Positions 9,675 to 19,322 of a stretch of 64,000 bases of DNA are shown in pieces. How positions within the stretch are numbered: the first letter of the stretch is position 1; every line of letters begins with the position of its first letter. Both the position numbers and the translations under genes were made by a program. This DNA is from Eubacteriales bacterium (GTDB lineage Bacteria; Bacillota; Clostridia; Oscillospirales; CAG-382): positions 2,971 through 66,970 of the forward strand of contig JAZQFS010000016.1 in the NCBI GenBank assembly GCA_045539625.1. The letters run 5' to 3'. The notes beneath the pieces were generated by a model. It had not been told where the DNA came from, searched no databases, and saw only the letters and a list, made by a program, of their open reading frames with translations.

Positions 9675-10256
9675 ATGGCAGCAAACAAAAAAACTGACAC
9701 AAAGACACTGGCTCTGCTTTCGCTTCTTACGGCATTGACGGCAGTGCTTGCGTACCTTGGCGGCTTTGTGAAAATCGGCGGACTTGCATCAATTTCGCTG
9801 ACGCTTATACCCGTAGTAATAGGCTCGGCGCTTTGCGGTGTGGGAGCAGGTGCTTGGCTTGGAGGCGTTTCGGGAGCAGTGTTCTTTTTGACGGCGGACG
9901 CAGCCTTCTGGATGGGACTGAGCCCCTTCGGAACGGTGCTTACGGTTATGGTGAAGGGCATTGCGGCAGGCTTATGTGCAGGACTTGTATACAAGCTTGT
10001 TGAAAAGACAAACCGCTATCTTGCAGTAATTCTTTCGGCGATTGTGTGTCCTGTTGTCAACACATCAATTTTCATCGGCGGCTGCTTTGTATTCTTTATG
10101 GACACAATAAATGCAGGTGCGGCGGCTGAGGGAATGTCAACATGGGGATATCTTTTGGTATTCTTTGTAGGACTCAACTTTATATTTGAGCTTGTTGCAA
10201 ACATTGTGCTGAGCCCCGTTATTTTAAGACTTATAAACATAAAACAGGGAAAATAA
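9675..10256 (+). CDS. ECF transporter S (substrate-capture) component; substrate possibly pantothenate, by context only
   Basis: About 193 aa with 5-6 hydrophobic helices. RBS AAGGAGG lies 7 nt before the ATG at 9675. The gene is immediately downstream of coaX. Confidence 0.55.
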   Translation: MAANKKTDTKTLALLSLLTALTAVLAYLGGFVKIGGLASISLTLIPVVIGSALCGVGAGAWLGGVSGAVFFLTADAAFWMGLSPFGTVLTVMVKGIAAGLCAGLVYKLVEKTNRYLAVILSAIVCPVVNTSIFIGGCFVFFMDTINAGAAAEGMSTWGYLLVFFVGLNFIFELVANIVLSPVILRLINIKQGK

Positions 10257-10368
10257 TCATATTTTACATTGCAAGAGACTGTCTTTTTAAGGCAGTCTTT
10301 TCTTATTTTGTTACTTTGTGAATCGTTGTGCCAAAACCGCCTTGCGTTACAAAAACATCTCTCCAAGA

Positions 10369-10410
10369 AAAACAAAAAAACAACAGGCTGACATAACCGT
10401 CAACCTGCTG
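10369..10410 (-). terminator. intrinsic terminator of the GH38 gene
   Basis: Minus strand: CAGCAGGTTGAC...GTCAGCCTGTTG followed by TTTTTTTGTTTTT. Confidence 0.6.
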
Positions 10411-10446
10411 CTTGCATAAATTATATAACCGTATAAGAGAAATACG

Positions 10447-12909
10447 TTAATTCTCGTATTCCGTAAGCAATACCTTTTTCCATTCACTTGTGCCGTCAGC
10501 AATGTAGAAGGTCTCAAAGCTGTAGGGGGTAAGTGTTGTTTCAAGACTTGCAGGAAGTACATCTCCCGATACTGTCACCTTTGCCGTCTTGCCGTCGGTT
10601 TCGTAGATACGTACTACAAGTCCCTTTCCGTCCTCACTTCTCTTTATGGCACTTACAATAACATTGTCCGCCGATACATCTATACCTGCATAAGCCTTGC
10701 CTGTCAGCTTTCCTTCGTGCCAGTTTTCAATGATGTTCGTCAAAGGCTTGTTAAGTACACGTGCCGTCTTTATCACATCTGCATAGCTGTCACCTAAAGG
10801 CATTACGGTGTACATAAATTCTCTGATGCCCTGCTCGGTGTAGTCGGACTTGTGGCTTCGGGGACCTCCGTGGTCGCCGTAGATGGGACTTCTGAGAACT
10901 GTGTGGTAAAGCGTGCCGTCCTTGACGGAGCCTGAGTAGGTGTCGCTGTTTGCTATTGCAAAGCCACCGTTTGTACCCTTGACACCGAACCATGTAAGAC
11001 CGGGCTCTTCTTCGCCGTCACAAGGTCTTTCGATAACGCCGAAGGGCACTTCGTAAACAGCTTTGGGATTTTCAACGTCAAACGCCCATTTCAGCTTTAA
11101 CATTTTGTGCTTTTCGTTCCAGTTGACGCTTGCCTTTACTTCAAGCCTGTCACTTCCCGAATAAAGTGTGAAAATCTGGGTGAGAGTGGAAGTGTTGTAT
11201 CTGCTTATCACCTTAACCGATGCTCTCACGCCGCCGCTTTCCGTAATGACAACCTCGGCATCGGAAAAACGTGCCATTTCATCTGTGAAAAAGTTCTTTG
11301 CATGACTCCATGTATCATGATAATACTCGTCAATTACAACGGGCACGGCACTTCTTTCACGTATAAGCTCACGCTCGTTCTTTTTGTCATAGAAGGAAAC
11401 AATATAGCCTGAGTATTGCTCAAACTTTATTGCATAATACTCATTTTCAAGCAGTATAACCGCCTTGTGCTCTTCATAAGAGCATTTTATACCCTGAGGG
11501 TATGCGTTGCAGTCGGACTTGTCGTGCTCAAAGCCCTCGGGAAGCTCTCTTACACCTGCGTTCTGCAAATAGTATACCGCATAGCCGAGAGGCGGAACAT
11601 CTGCCATAAACGCTGTGTCCTCACGGTTGTAACATTCCTTTGTGGTAGAGTAAACAAGCTGGAAGGGCACTTTGTTTCCGTCCTTGTCGCAAACGCCGTG
11701 ACAGCAGTTGTTTACCTGCACACAGGCACGGACAGGGAAGGAGTGGGGATTGAATACAAATACTGGAAGTCCCTTTTCCTTGTCTTGAATTGTTGAAACA
11801 GCCCAGGAGATTGTCTGAAGTGCATTGTTTTCCGCAACAGCCGCCGTCTCCTGTGCCGAGCCGTACATATATGCCGTATCGTCATAGGCTTCCTTGATTG
11901 AACAGCCGTCCATAATGTCGTGGAAGTGCATAAAGCATACGTTTCTCCAGGCATCGGCGAATTTTTCGGTCGGGTACTTCTTGCCGCAAAGCTTATTCGC
12001 AAGAACGCTGTAGGCTTCGGAAGCAACAAGCTCACACTCGCTTCTTCTTATGCCGTTTTTGATTTTGGAAACGGTGGCATAACAGCCTGCGGCGTGGTGC
12101 TGAAGGTCATCGTGATATTCGGGAATTTCATAGCCGTCAGCACGCACCCTGTCATAAAAATCTTTAAGATTTGAAAAGTGCATTTCGTATTCGGGGTGCT
12201 TTTTTGCGTATTCCGTCAAAAGCTCAATGTGGCGTATTGTAGGACCTCCGCCGTGGTTGCCTACGCCGTAGAAGAAGGGAATAGCCTCAATATCGGTCTT
12301 TGTTGTGTTATTGAGATAATCAATTCTTTCCTGAAGCTTTTCCTCGTCCTCAAACTTAAAGCAATAAGGGTCGAGGATTCTGTATGTAAGAACGCTTGAG
12401 CCGTCGGGACTTACCCAGTTGAAAATATCAGAATCAAGGTTGTTTTCCTGAGGCGAGGGACGCATAAACAGGTAATTGTTCATACCGCTTTTCTTTAAAA
12501 TCTGGGGAAGCATTATGTTGTGACCGAAGGAGTCTACGTTGTAGCCAACCTTTGCGGTAACACCGAAATTTTCCTTAAAATATCTCTGCGCATAAAGTGA
12601 CTGGCGTGCAAAGCCTTCTCCTGAGGGAAGATTGCAGTCGGGCTGAACGTGCCAGCCTCCCACAATTACAAATCTGCCTTCCGCAACTCTCATCTTTATT
12701 TCTTCAAACATTTCTTCGTCAAACTCTTGTATCCAGCGGTAAACCGAGGCTGAGGAGCAGACAAATTTAAAGTCGGGGAACTCCTTCATTCTGTCAAGAG
12801 CCGAGCGTACCGTCGCCTTTGCCTCCGCCGAGCCCTCCTGCCATCTCCACTGCCACACGGGATCAAGATGGGCATTGCCCACAAGATAAAATTGCTTTTT
12901 GTTTTTCAT
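10447..12909 (-). CDS. glycoside hydrolase family 38 alpha-mannosidase
   Basis: N-terminal GNAHLDPVWQWRW, GGWHVQPDCNLPSGE, GVGNHGGGPT; 820 aa. Confidence 0.85.
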   Translation of the reverse strand: MKNKKQFYLVGNAHLDPVWQWRWQEGSAEAKATVRSALDRMKEFPDFKFVCSSASVYRWIQEFDEEMFEEIKMRVAEGRFVIVGGWHVQPDCNLPSGEGFARQSLYAQRYFKENFGVTAKVGYNVDSFGHNIMLPQILKKSGMNNYLFMRPSPQENNLDSDIFNWVSPDGSSVLTYRILDPYCFKFEDEEKLQERIDYLNNTTKTDIEAIPFFYGVGNHGGGPTIRHIELLTEYAKKHPEYEMHFSNLKDFYDRVRADGYEIPEYHDDLQHHAAGCYATVSKIKNGIRRSECELVASEAYSVLANKLCGKKYPTEKFADAWRNVCFMHFHDIMDGCSIKEAYDDTAYMYGSAQETAAVAENNALQTISWAVSTIQDKEKGLPVFVFNPHSFPVRACVQVNNCCHGVCDKDGNKVPFQLVYSTTKECYNREDTAFMADVPPLGYAVYYLQNAGVRELPEGFEHDKSDCNAYPQGIKCSYEEHKAVILLENEYYAIKFEQYSGYIVSFYDKKNERELIRERSAVPVVIDEYYHDTWSHAKNFFTDEMARFSDAEVVITESGGVRASVKVISRYNTSTLTQIFTLYSGSDRLEVKASVNWNEKHKMLKLKWAFDVENPKAVYEVPFGVIERPCDGEEEPGLTWFGVKGTNGGFAIANSDTYSGSVKDGTLYHTVLRSPIYGDHGGPRSHKSDYTEQGIREFMYTVMPLGDSYADVIKTARVLNKPLTNIIENWHEGKLTGKAYAGIDVSADNVIVSAIKRSEDGKGLVVRIYETDGKTAKVTVSGDVLPASLETTLTPYSFETFYIADGTSEWKKVLLTEYEN

Positions 12910-12930
12910 AAGACTGTCTCTCCTTTTGTT

Positions 12931-13374
12931 CTATATGAACGCCTGATACTCTGCAACCGCCAAGGCATCACACCGTTCATTGTAGGGATTTCCTGCGTGT
13001 CCCTTTACCCAGATGTATTGGATTTCGTGAAATTCGTCAAGCTCCAGCAGCTTTTCCCACAGCTCCGTGTTAAGTGCAGGCTTGCCGTCGGACTTTTTCC
13101 AGTTCTTTTCACGCCATGACCTTGCCCAGCCCAATGTCATTCCGTCAATCAAATACTTTGAGTCGGAGTACAGCTTTACAAGGCACTTTTCCTTAAGCGC
13201 CGACAGACCTTCTATTGCTGCCGTCAGCTCCATTTTGTTGTTGGTCGTATTTTTTTCTCCGCCCGACATTACCTTTTCCTTATCCTTGTAAATGAGAATG
13301 GCTCCCCAGCCGCCGGGACCGGGATTGCCGCTGCAGGCACCGTCGGTGTAAAGTGATACTGTTTTCAATGTCAA
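12931..13374 (-). CDS. rnhA: ribonuclease HI
   Basis: YTDGACSGNPGPGGWG, NNKMELTA, VKGHAGNPYNERCDALA. Confidence 0.9.
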   Translation of the reverse strand: MTLKTVSLYTDGACSGNPGPGGWGAILIYKDKEKVMSGGEKNTTNNKMELTAAIEGLSALKEKCLVKLYSDSKYLIDGMTLGWARSWREKNWKKSDGKPALNTELWEKLLELDEFHEIQYIWVKGHAGNPYNERCDALAVAEYQAFI

Positions 13375-13712
13375 TCTTCCTTTTCGGGATTAGTGAGAGG
13401 ACGGTACACAATTTCGCCGTTGATGACAAGATTTCCGTCCTTGTCAAATTCATAGCTTACCGAAAAGCCGTCTTCGGGACGCAGACCGTCGATGTAGTAG
13501 GTGATTTTTCCGTCGGAGACCTCATAGCGTGTCTTGTCGGAGGTAAAGCTTTCGTTTACGTATTCGTAGTAATAGCCGTCGGCGGTGTATTCGTATATGC
13601 CCTCTGTGCTGTCGTCAATCCATTTGCCAACAATGCTTTTGCCCGAGGAGCAGGAGCATAAAGCGGCAAGTACACACATAAATACAAGGCAGAGAGCCGT
13701 AATTTTTTTCAT
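13371..13712 (-). CDS. small lipoprotein, function unknown
   Basis: Signal peptide with lipobox (MKKITALCLVFMCVLAALCSCSSG). There is a 4-nt ATGA overlap with rnhA. Confidence 0.6.
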   Translation of the reverse strand: MKKITALCLVFMCVLAALCSCSSGKSIVGKWIDDSTEGIYEYTADGYYYEYVNESFTSDKTRYEVSDGKITYYIDGLRPEDGFSVSYEFDKDGNLVINGEIVYRPLTNPEKED

Positions 13713-13730
13713 AACTGTATCTCCCTATTG

Positions 13731-15407
13731 TCAAATTTCAGGAAAAAGGCTTGCACCCGTGCTGTTGCCGCTTTCCTTTTTGTGAACCTTTAAGGTTACG
13801 TTGAAGCCTAAAATTCTGCTTGCGTTGGCGGCAAGTGTTTCCTGCATATCGGTTTTTGAGGAAATCATAAAGTAGCCGATGGATTCAAGTACAAGATTTA
13901 AAACATCGCCGTCAATGTACGCCTTTGTGTCGCCGTTTGTCAGCATTGAATGAAGAATCATATTGTCGTGCACCGAGTCAATAAGGTCGCTGAAGGCAAC
14001 CATTTCCTCACCGAGACCGCCGACGCCCGTTTTTTGAGAAGAGCCCTGCGAGGGAGCTTTAACGGATTTCTCACTGTCGGACTGTGCATCTTTGATTGCT
14101 CTTTGCTCTGCCTCTTTTCTTGCGGCAGGACCTGATGCTTCGTTGAGGGATGCTTCAAAAACGCTGTCAAAATCGTTGGGCACGTCCGAGGGCATCATTA
14201 CTTCTTCAGGTGCCGGCTGAGGACAAGAGGTCACAGGAGTCTGATATGAAGAATTGCCGACAGGCGGATTTTTTTCAAGTGCACTTATTCTTTCAAGCAG
14301 ACAGGCAGGACTTGTTGACAGCCTGCTGTCGCAAAGACGCATTACCATAATTTCGAGCACCGTTTTTCTTGACAGACCGCTGCGATTCAGCTTTTCGTTT
14401 GCATTTTCCACAATTTCGGTGCAGTAAAGCAGTCTTTCGGGAGAGAACAGGTCTTCAATGTCACGAAGAACACCTATTACGTCCGAGCCATGGTCGTCTA
14501 TAAGAGTTGACACGTTTTTGCTTGCGTACTTCATTACAAGAAGGTCACGAAGCATATTGCCAAGCTCTGTGCAAAGAATTGACAGGTCCTTGCTTGAGGC
14601 ATAGGCTTCGTTTACCGTTTCAAGAGCACCCTCACAGTCCTTTGCCGCAATTTTCTGCAAAAGACGAAGGACAATTTCGTTGCCCACAACACCCAGCGAC
14701 ACCTCAGCCTGCTTGCGTGTTACATTCTGCTGTCCCACAAAAAGCTCAAGCATACTCAGAGCATCTCTCATAGCACCCGTTGCAAGGTTTGCAATAAGGC
14801 GTATGGCATCCTTTTCCATGCCTATGTTTTCTTGTGCACACACATATTCAAGTCTTTTTACTATGTCGTCCGAACCTATTCTGTGAAAGTCAAAGCGTTT
14901 GCACCGAGACAGAATGGTGGCGGGGATTTTGTTCAGCTCGGTTGTGGCAAGGATAAACATTACGTGCTCGGGCGGCTCTTCAAGTGTTTTTAAAAGAGCG
15001 TTGAAAGCACCCGGAGACAGCATATGAACCTCGTCCACAATGTAGACTCTGCGCTTCATTTCTATAGGCAGAAAGTTGATTTTTTCACGAAGCTCACGTA
15101 TATGGTCCACACCGTTGTTTGAAGCGGCGTCCATTTCCACAATGTCAAAGGAATTGTCAAAGGCGCGGCACTTTTCACATTCACCGCAAGGGTCGCCGCC
15201 GTTGGGATTTTCACAGCTTATTGCCTTTGCAAGAATTTTGGCACAGGTGGTTTTACCCGTTCCTCTTGAGCCGCAGAAAAGATAGGCATGGGAAACGGAG
15301 TCCTGCATTATTTCGCTTTTTAATACCTTGGTTATATGGTCCTGTCCCACAACGTCCGAAAAAACCTTGGGGCGGTATTTGCGGTAAAGGGCAATGTAGT
15401 TTGACAT
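13731..15407 (-). CDS. dnaX: DNA polymerase III subunit gamma/tau
   Basis: YRKYRPKVFSDVVGQDH, Walker A GSRGTGKTT, Zn module CENPNGGDPCGECEKC, Walker B YIVDEVHML, sensor SRCKRFDF. Confidence 0.92.
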   Translation of the reverse strand: MSNYIALYRKYRPKVFSDVVGQDHITKVLKSEIMQDSVSHAYLFCGSRGTGKTTCAKILAKAISCENPNGGDPCGECEKCRAFDNSFDIVEMDAASNNGVDHIRELREKINFLPIEMKRRVYIVDEVHMLSPGAFNALLKTLEEPPEHVMFILATTELNKIPATILSRCKRFDFHRIGSDDIVKRLEYVCAQENIGMEKDAIRLIANLATGAMRDALSMLELFVGQQNVTRKQAEVSLGVVGNEIVLRLLQKIAAKDCEGALETVNEAYASSKDLSILCTELGNMLRDLLVMKYASKNVSTLIDDHGSDVIGVLRDIEDLFSPERLLYCTEIVENANEKLNRSGLSRKTVLEIMVMRLCDSRLSTSPACLLERISALEKNPPVGNSSYQTPVTSCPQPAPEEVMMPSDVPNDFDSVFEASLNEASGPAARKEAEQRAIKDAQSDSEKSVKAPSQGSSQKTGVGGLGEEMVAFSDLIDSVHDNMILHSMLTNGDTKAYIDGDVLNLVLESIGYFMISSKTDMQETLAANASRILGFNVTLKVHKKESGNSTGASLFPEI

Positions 15408-15439
15408 AAGTTTATTTCCTTTCGCCGAGAATTGGAAAA

Positions 15440-16210
15440 TCAGTAGAAAATTCTGTTTAAATAAAGACCTTCGGCAGGGGCGGTGTCTCCAGCAAGAGAG
15501 CGGTTTTTGCCGTCAATTATCAGGGAAAGTGAGCCTGCGGGAGCTTTTTTTCGTGCCAAATCAAGATATGTACCCACCATAATTCTCACCATGTTGTAAA
15601 GAAAACCGTCGGCACATACCGAAATTGTTATAAGTCCGTCCTGCTTTTCCACGTTAAAATATTTTACCGTTCTTACGGTGTTGTCTTCGTTTTTTGAGCC
15701 TTTTGTCATAAAGGAACGAAAATCGTGTGTTCCCCGAAATTCATCGCTTACATAGGAAAGAGCGTCGATATCAATGTCACGGGGATAAAACATGGCTTTT
15801 CCCGTAAGGTGGGGATTCATATATTTTTCATTCCATATTTTGTAGATGTATTCCTTGCCCGTACAGGAATATCTTGCGTGAAAGTCTGCGTCACGGTACC
15901 CGGCAGACGTTACCGCAAGACCGCTGTCACGCAAATGTGCGTTAAGCGCCATAACAAGCCTGTCCTTGTGGGGCTTTACGTTTTCTCTTAAAATGTGGCA
16001 GACGTAGTTGTTGGCGTGAACGCCCGAGTCTGTCCTTGAACAGCCGCACACGTCGGGGCGAAAGCCAAGCACCTTTTCAAGAGCGTCCTGCAGCGTACCC
16101 TGAACGCTTCTTGCATTTTTCTGCACCTGCCAGCCGCAGAAATGTGAGCCGTCATACATAAGACTGAGGGCTATTTTTTCACCTGTGCGTATGTTTTCTT
16201 CGGGTGTCAT
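15440..16210 (-). CDS. truA: tRNA pseudouridine(38-40) synthase
   Basis: YDGSHFCGWQVQ, catalytic GCSRTDSGVHA, FLYNMVRIMVGT. Confidence 0.9.
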   Translation of the reverse strand: MTPEENIRTGEKIALSLMYDGSHFCGWQVQKNARSVQGTLQDALEKVLGFRPDVCGCSRTDSGVHANNYVCHILRENVKPHKDRLVMALNAHLRDSGLAVTSAGYRDADFHARYSCTGKEYIYKIWNEKYMNPHLTGKAMFYPRDIDIDALSYVSDEFRGTHDFRSFMTKGSKNEDNTVRTVKYFNVEKQDGLITISVCADGFLYNMVRIMVGTYLDLARKKAPAGSLSLIIDGKNRSLAGDTAPAEGLYLNRIFY

Positions 16211-17025
16211 ATTGCACTCTCCAGCATTATTTTAAGTGTTATCATAAGGGCAAGAAACAGGACAAAAAGCACAAGGATTACGCCGTCCGACAGCTTTGCC
16301 TTCATAACCTTCATTCTTGTTCTGCCCTCACCGCCCGTGTAAAGACGGCACTCCATTGCCCCTGCAAGCTCATCGGCACGTCTGAACGCCGAAACAAAAA
16401 GGGGTATGAGTATGGGCACCATTGCCTTTGCCTTGCTGAAAAGATTGCCGCTTTCAAAGTCGGCGCCTCTTGCCTTCTGGGCATTGATGATTTTCTCGGT
16501 CTCTTCGATAAGCGTCGGAATAAAGCGAAGAGCAATTGTCATCATCATGGAAAATTCGTGGACGGGAAGTCCTATTTTCTTAAAGGGCGACAGCAGTCTT
16601 TCAATGGCATCTGTCAGGGCAACGGGACTTGTGGTATAGGTGAGAAGCACGAAGGTGCTGACGATAAGACAGAGGATTCTGAGCGCCATAAGAAAAGCGT
16701 ATATAAGCCCTTCGGGGTAAATTTTTATTACCCAAAATTCAAGCAAAGGCTTTTCTCCCGTTGTCCACAGAATGTTGGCAATAACGGTGAAAGCAACAAT
16801 AAACACAACAGGCTTTAAGCCCTTTAGAATAATTGACACATTAAGGCGTGAAAGTGCCACAATCAGCACCGCCGAAACAGCCACAAGCCCGAAGGACAGG
16901 TATGAGGAGGCTGTGAAGATTGCCGCTATATAAAGAATTATGCATATTATTTTAAATCGGGGGTCAAGTCTGTGAATCACCGAGTTTCCGGGAAAAAACT
17001 GACCAAGGGTTATATCGGACAGCAT
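16207..17025 (-). CDS. ecfT: ECF transporter transmembrane (T) component
   Basis: HRLDPRFKI start, coupling helices ALRFIPTLIEE and ARGADF. It overlaps truA by 4 nt. Confidence 0.85.
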   Translation of the reverse strand: MLSDITLGQFFPGNSVIHRLDPRFKIICIILYIAAIFTASSYLSFGLVAVSAVLIVALSRLNVSIILKGLKPVVFIVAFTVIANILWTTGEKPLLEFWVIKIYPEGLIYAFLMALRILCLIVSTFVLLTYTTSPVALTDAIERLLSPFKKIGLPVHEFSMMMTIALRFIPTLIEETEKIINAQKARGADFESGNLFSKAKAMVPILIPLFVSAFRRADELAGAMECRLYTGGEGRTRMKVMKAKLSDGVILVLFVLFLALMITLKIMLESAI

Positions 17026-17245
17026 GGCAGTATCCTTTCGTTGAGAGTGTACATAAATATTCAGTATTTATTGTACCACTATTTTTTGAATACTTCTATA
17101 CATTTTTATAAAAAAGTGAGATTTTTACACAACATTATTGAAAGAAAAAAGGTAAATCAAGAATTGTTAAAAAAAGTCCTTTAGTTTTTTAACATCTATG
17201 GTATATACTACAATAGATATTCTGTATAATGGCGTAAAAGTGTTT

Positions 17246-17548
17246 ATGCCCATACGGAAGAAAAGGCTATTTTTACAAAAAAGGAATGAAAAAGCATTGG
17301 CAAAAATAAGATATATTACAAAAGGTACCTGCTCAAGAGCAATAAACCTTGAGGTAGAGGACGGCAAGATAATAAGCGTCCAATTTGAAGGCGGCTGCAA
17401 CGGCAATACTCAGGGCGTTGCAAGGCTTGTTGAGGGTATGGATACCAAAACGGCAATACAAAAGCTTTCGGGAATTAAGTGCGGCTTTAAAAGCACGTCC
17501 TGCCCCGACCAGCTTGCAAAGGCATTAGAAAGTATGGAAAATCAGTAA
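17246..17548 (+). CDS. small TSCPD-domain protein
   Basis: A literal TSCPD motif (KSTSCPDQLAKAL) and GGCNGNTQG are present. The true start is uncertain; it could be internal, near ...YITKGTCS. Confidence 0.6.
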   Translation: MPIRKKRLFLQKRNEKALAKIRYITKGTCSRAINLEVEDGKIISVQFEGGCNGNTQGVARLVEGMDTKTAIQKLSGIKCGFKSTSCPDQLAKALESMENQ

Positions 17549-17573
17549 TTTGGCAACAAAAAAGGTGAAATCA

Positions 17574-19292
17574 ATGAATTATTTAAATGAATATAAAAAG
17601 TGGCTTGACTTTGAGGAGCTTGACGGGGAGCTTAAAGAGGAGCTTTGTGCAATAGCAGATGATGACAAGGAAATCAAGGAGCGTTTTTACGCACCCATGT
17701 CCTTCGGTACGGCAGGTCTTCGCAGTATTATAAGAGCAGGAATTAACGGTATGAATGTTTATACCGTGGCACAGGCAACACAGGGGCTTGCAAAGCTTGT
17801 TACAGAGAACGGCAGAGAAAAGGACGGCGTTGTCATAGCCTGCGACACAAGAATAAAGTCTGAGCTTTTTGCACGTACCTGTGCACAGGTTCTTGCGGCA
17901 AACGGCATAAAGGTTTATATCTTTGATGCACCAAGACCGACACCTCTTCTTTCATATGCAATAAGAGAGCTGAAGACGGCGGCAGGCATCAACATCACCG
18001 CCTCTCACAATCCCAAAGCTTACAACGGCTACAAGGCGTACTGGTCGGACGGCGCACAGATAAGCCCCGAACAGGCAAAGGTTGTATCCGATGCCATAGA
18101 CAGCGTTGATATTTTTACGGGCGTTAAGAAAATCGACTTTGACGAGGGCGTAAAATCAGGGCTTATAGAGGTTATCGGCAAGGATATTGACGAAAAGTAT
18201 ATGGCTGTTGTTTTAAATCAGAGCGTAAACAAGGACGCAATAAGCGATATTGCAGACTCCTTCAAGGTTGTATACACTCCCTTCCACGGAACAGGACGTA
18301 TTCTCATTCCCGAAGTGCTCAGAAGAAGAGGCTTAAAGCACCTTTTCTGTGTAGAGGAGCAGATGATTCCCGACGGCTCATTCCCGACGGTTAAAAGTCC
18401 TAACCCCGAAGATAAGGAAGGTTTCAGCCTTGCAATCGAAATTGCAAAGAAAGAGGGCTGTGACCTTTGTGTAGGCTCAGATCCCGATGCCGACAGAGTG
18501 GGAGTAATTCTCAGAACGGATAAGGGCGAGTTTATTCCTCTTACGGGAAATCAGATAGGCTGTATGCTTATTTCCTACATCATTGAAGCAAGAAAATTAA
18601 CAGGCACGCTTCCCGCCAACGCCTGCGTTATAAAGTCGATAGTAAGCTCACCATTGGCGGATGCCATTTGCAAAAAGAACGGCATAACGATTATGGACGT
18701 GCTGACGGGCTTTAAGTTTATAGGCGAAAAGATGACGGAATTTGAGGAAACAAAGGAATATTCCTACATCTTCGGCTTTGAAGAAAGCTACGGCTACCTT
18801 TGCGGAACATATGCCCGTGATAAGGACGCAGTAAGTGCATCAATGCTTATTGTTGAAATGGCGGCGTTCTACGCAAAGCAGGGCAAGACGCTTTACGATG
18901 TGCTGTGCGGTATTTTTGAAGAGTACGGCTACTATATGGAAGGCGTGCAGAATGTTTCCTTCCCCGGCATTGACGGTGCGGAGAATATGAAAAAGCTTAT
19001 GGAAACGCTCAGAACCAACGCACCAAAAAGTCTTGCAGGCAAAAAGGTGACGGTGCTTGAAGATTACCTTTGCTCCGTTAAGACGGGCAGTGACGGCAGC
19101 ACAGAGAAAATTCTTCTTCCAAAGTCAAACGTGCTTTGCTTTGTAACAGACTGCGGCGATAAGATTTTCGTGCGTCCCTCGGGTACAGAGCCTAAAATCA
19201 AGTTCTATTACCTTGTGTCGGATAAGGACGAAAAGTCCGCTTCGGCAAAGGTTGAAAGCTACAAGGAAGCAGTAAGTCTTCTTTTGAAATAA
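17574..19292 (+). CDS. phosphoglucomutase (PgcA-like alpha-D-phosphohexomutase)
   Basis: ITASHNPKAYNGYK, GSDPDADRVG, GFEESYGY, RPSGTEPKIK. The ATG at 17574 is preceded by AAAGGTGA. Confidence 0.85.
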   Translation: MNYLNEYKKWLDFEELDGELKEELCAIADDDKEIKERFYAPMSFGTAGLRSIIRAGINGMNVYTVAQATQGLAKLVTENGREKDGVVIACDTRIKSELFARTCAQVLAANGIKVYIFDAPRPTPLLSYAIRELKTAAGINITASHNPKAYNGYKAYWSDGAQISPEQAKVVSDAIDSVDIFTGVKKIDFDEGVKSGLIEVIGKDIDEKYMAVVLNQSVNKDAISDIADSFKVVYTPFHGTGRILIPEVLRRRGLKHLFCVEEQMIPDGSFPTVKSPNPEDKEGFSLAIEIAKKEGCDLCVGSDPDADRVGVILRTDKGEFIPLTGNQIGCMLISYIIEARKLTGTLPANACVIKSIVSSPLADAICKKNGITIMDVLTGFKFIGEKMTEFEETKEYSYIFGFEESYGYLCGTYARDKDAVSASMLIVEMAAFYAKQGKTLYDVLCGIFEEYGYYMEGVQNVSFPGIDGAENMKKLMETLRTNAPKSLAGKKVTVLEDYLCSVKTGSDGSTEKILLPKSNVLCFVTDCGDKIFVRPSGTEPKIKFYYLVSDKDEKSASAKVESYKEAVSLLLK

Positions 19293-19322
19293 CAAGTATA
19301 AAACACGAAAGGATATATAAAA

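Noticed and set aside
14015-14035. Programmed -1 frameshift site in dnaX (A-run CAAAAAAC)
   Set aside because: The A-run is not in the X XXY YYZ register relative to the dnaX frame (codons CAA AAA ACG), and no downstream stem is evident.
19293-19322. T-box or attenuator leader upstream of proS
   Set aside because: Only about 30 nt separate proS from the upstream mutase gene, which is too short for a T-box. proS is probably co-transcribed.
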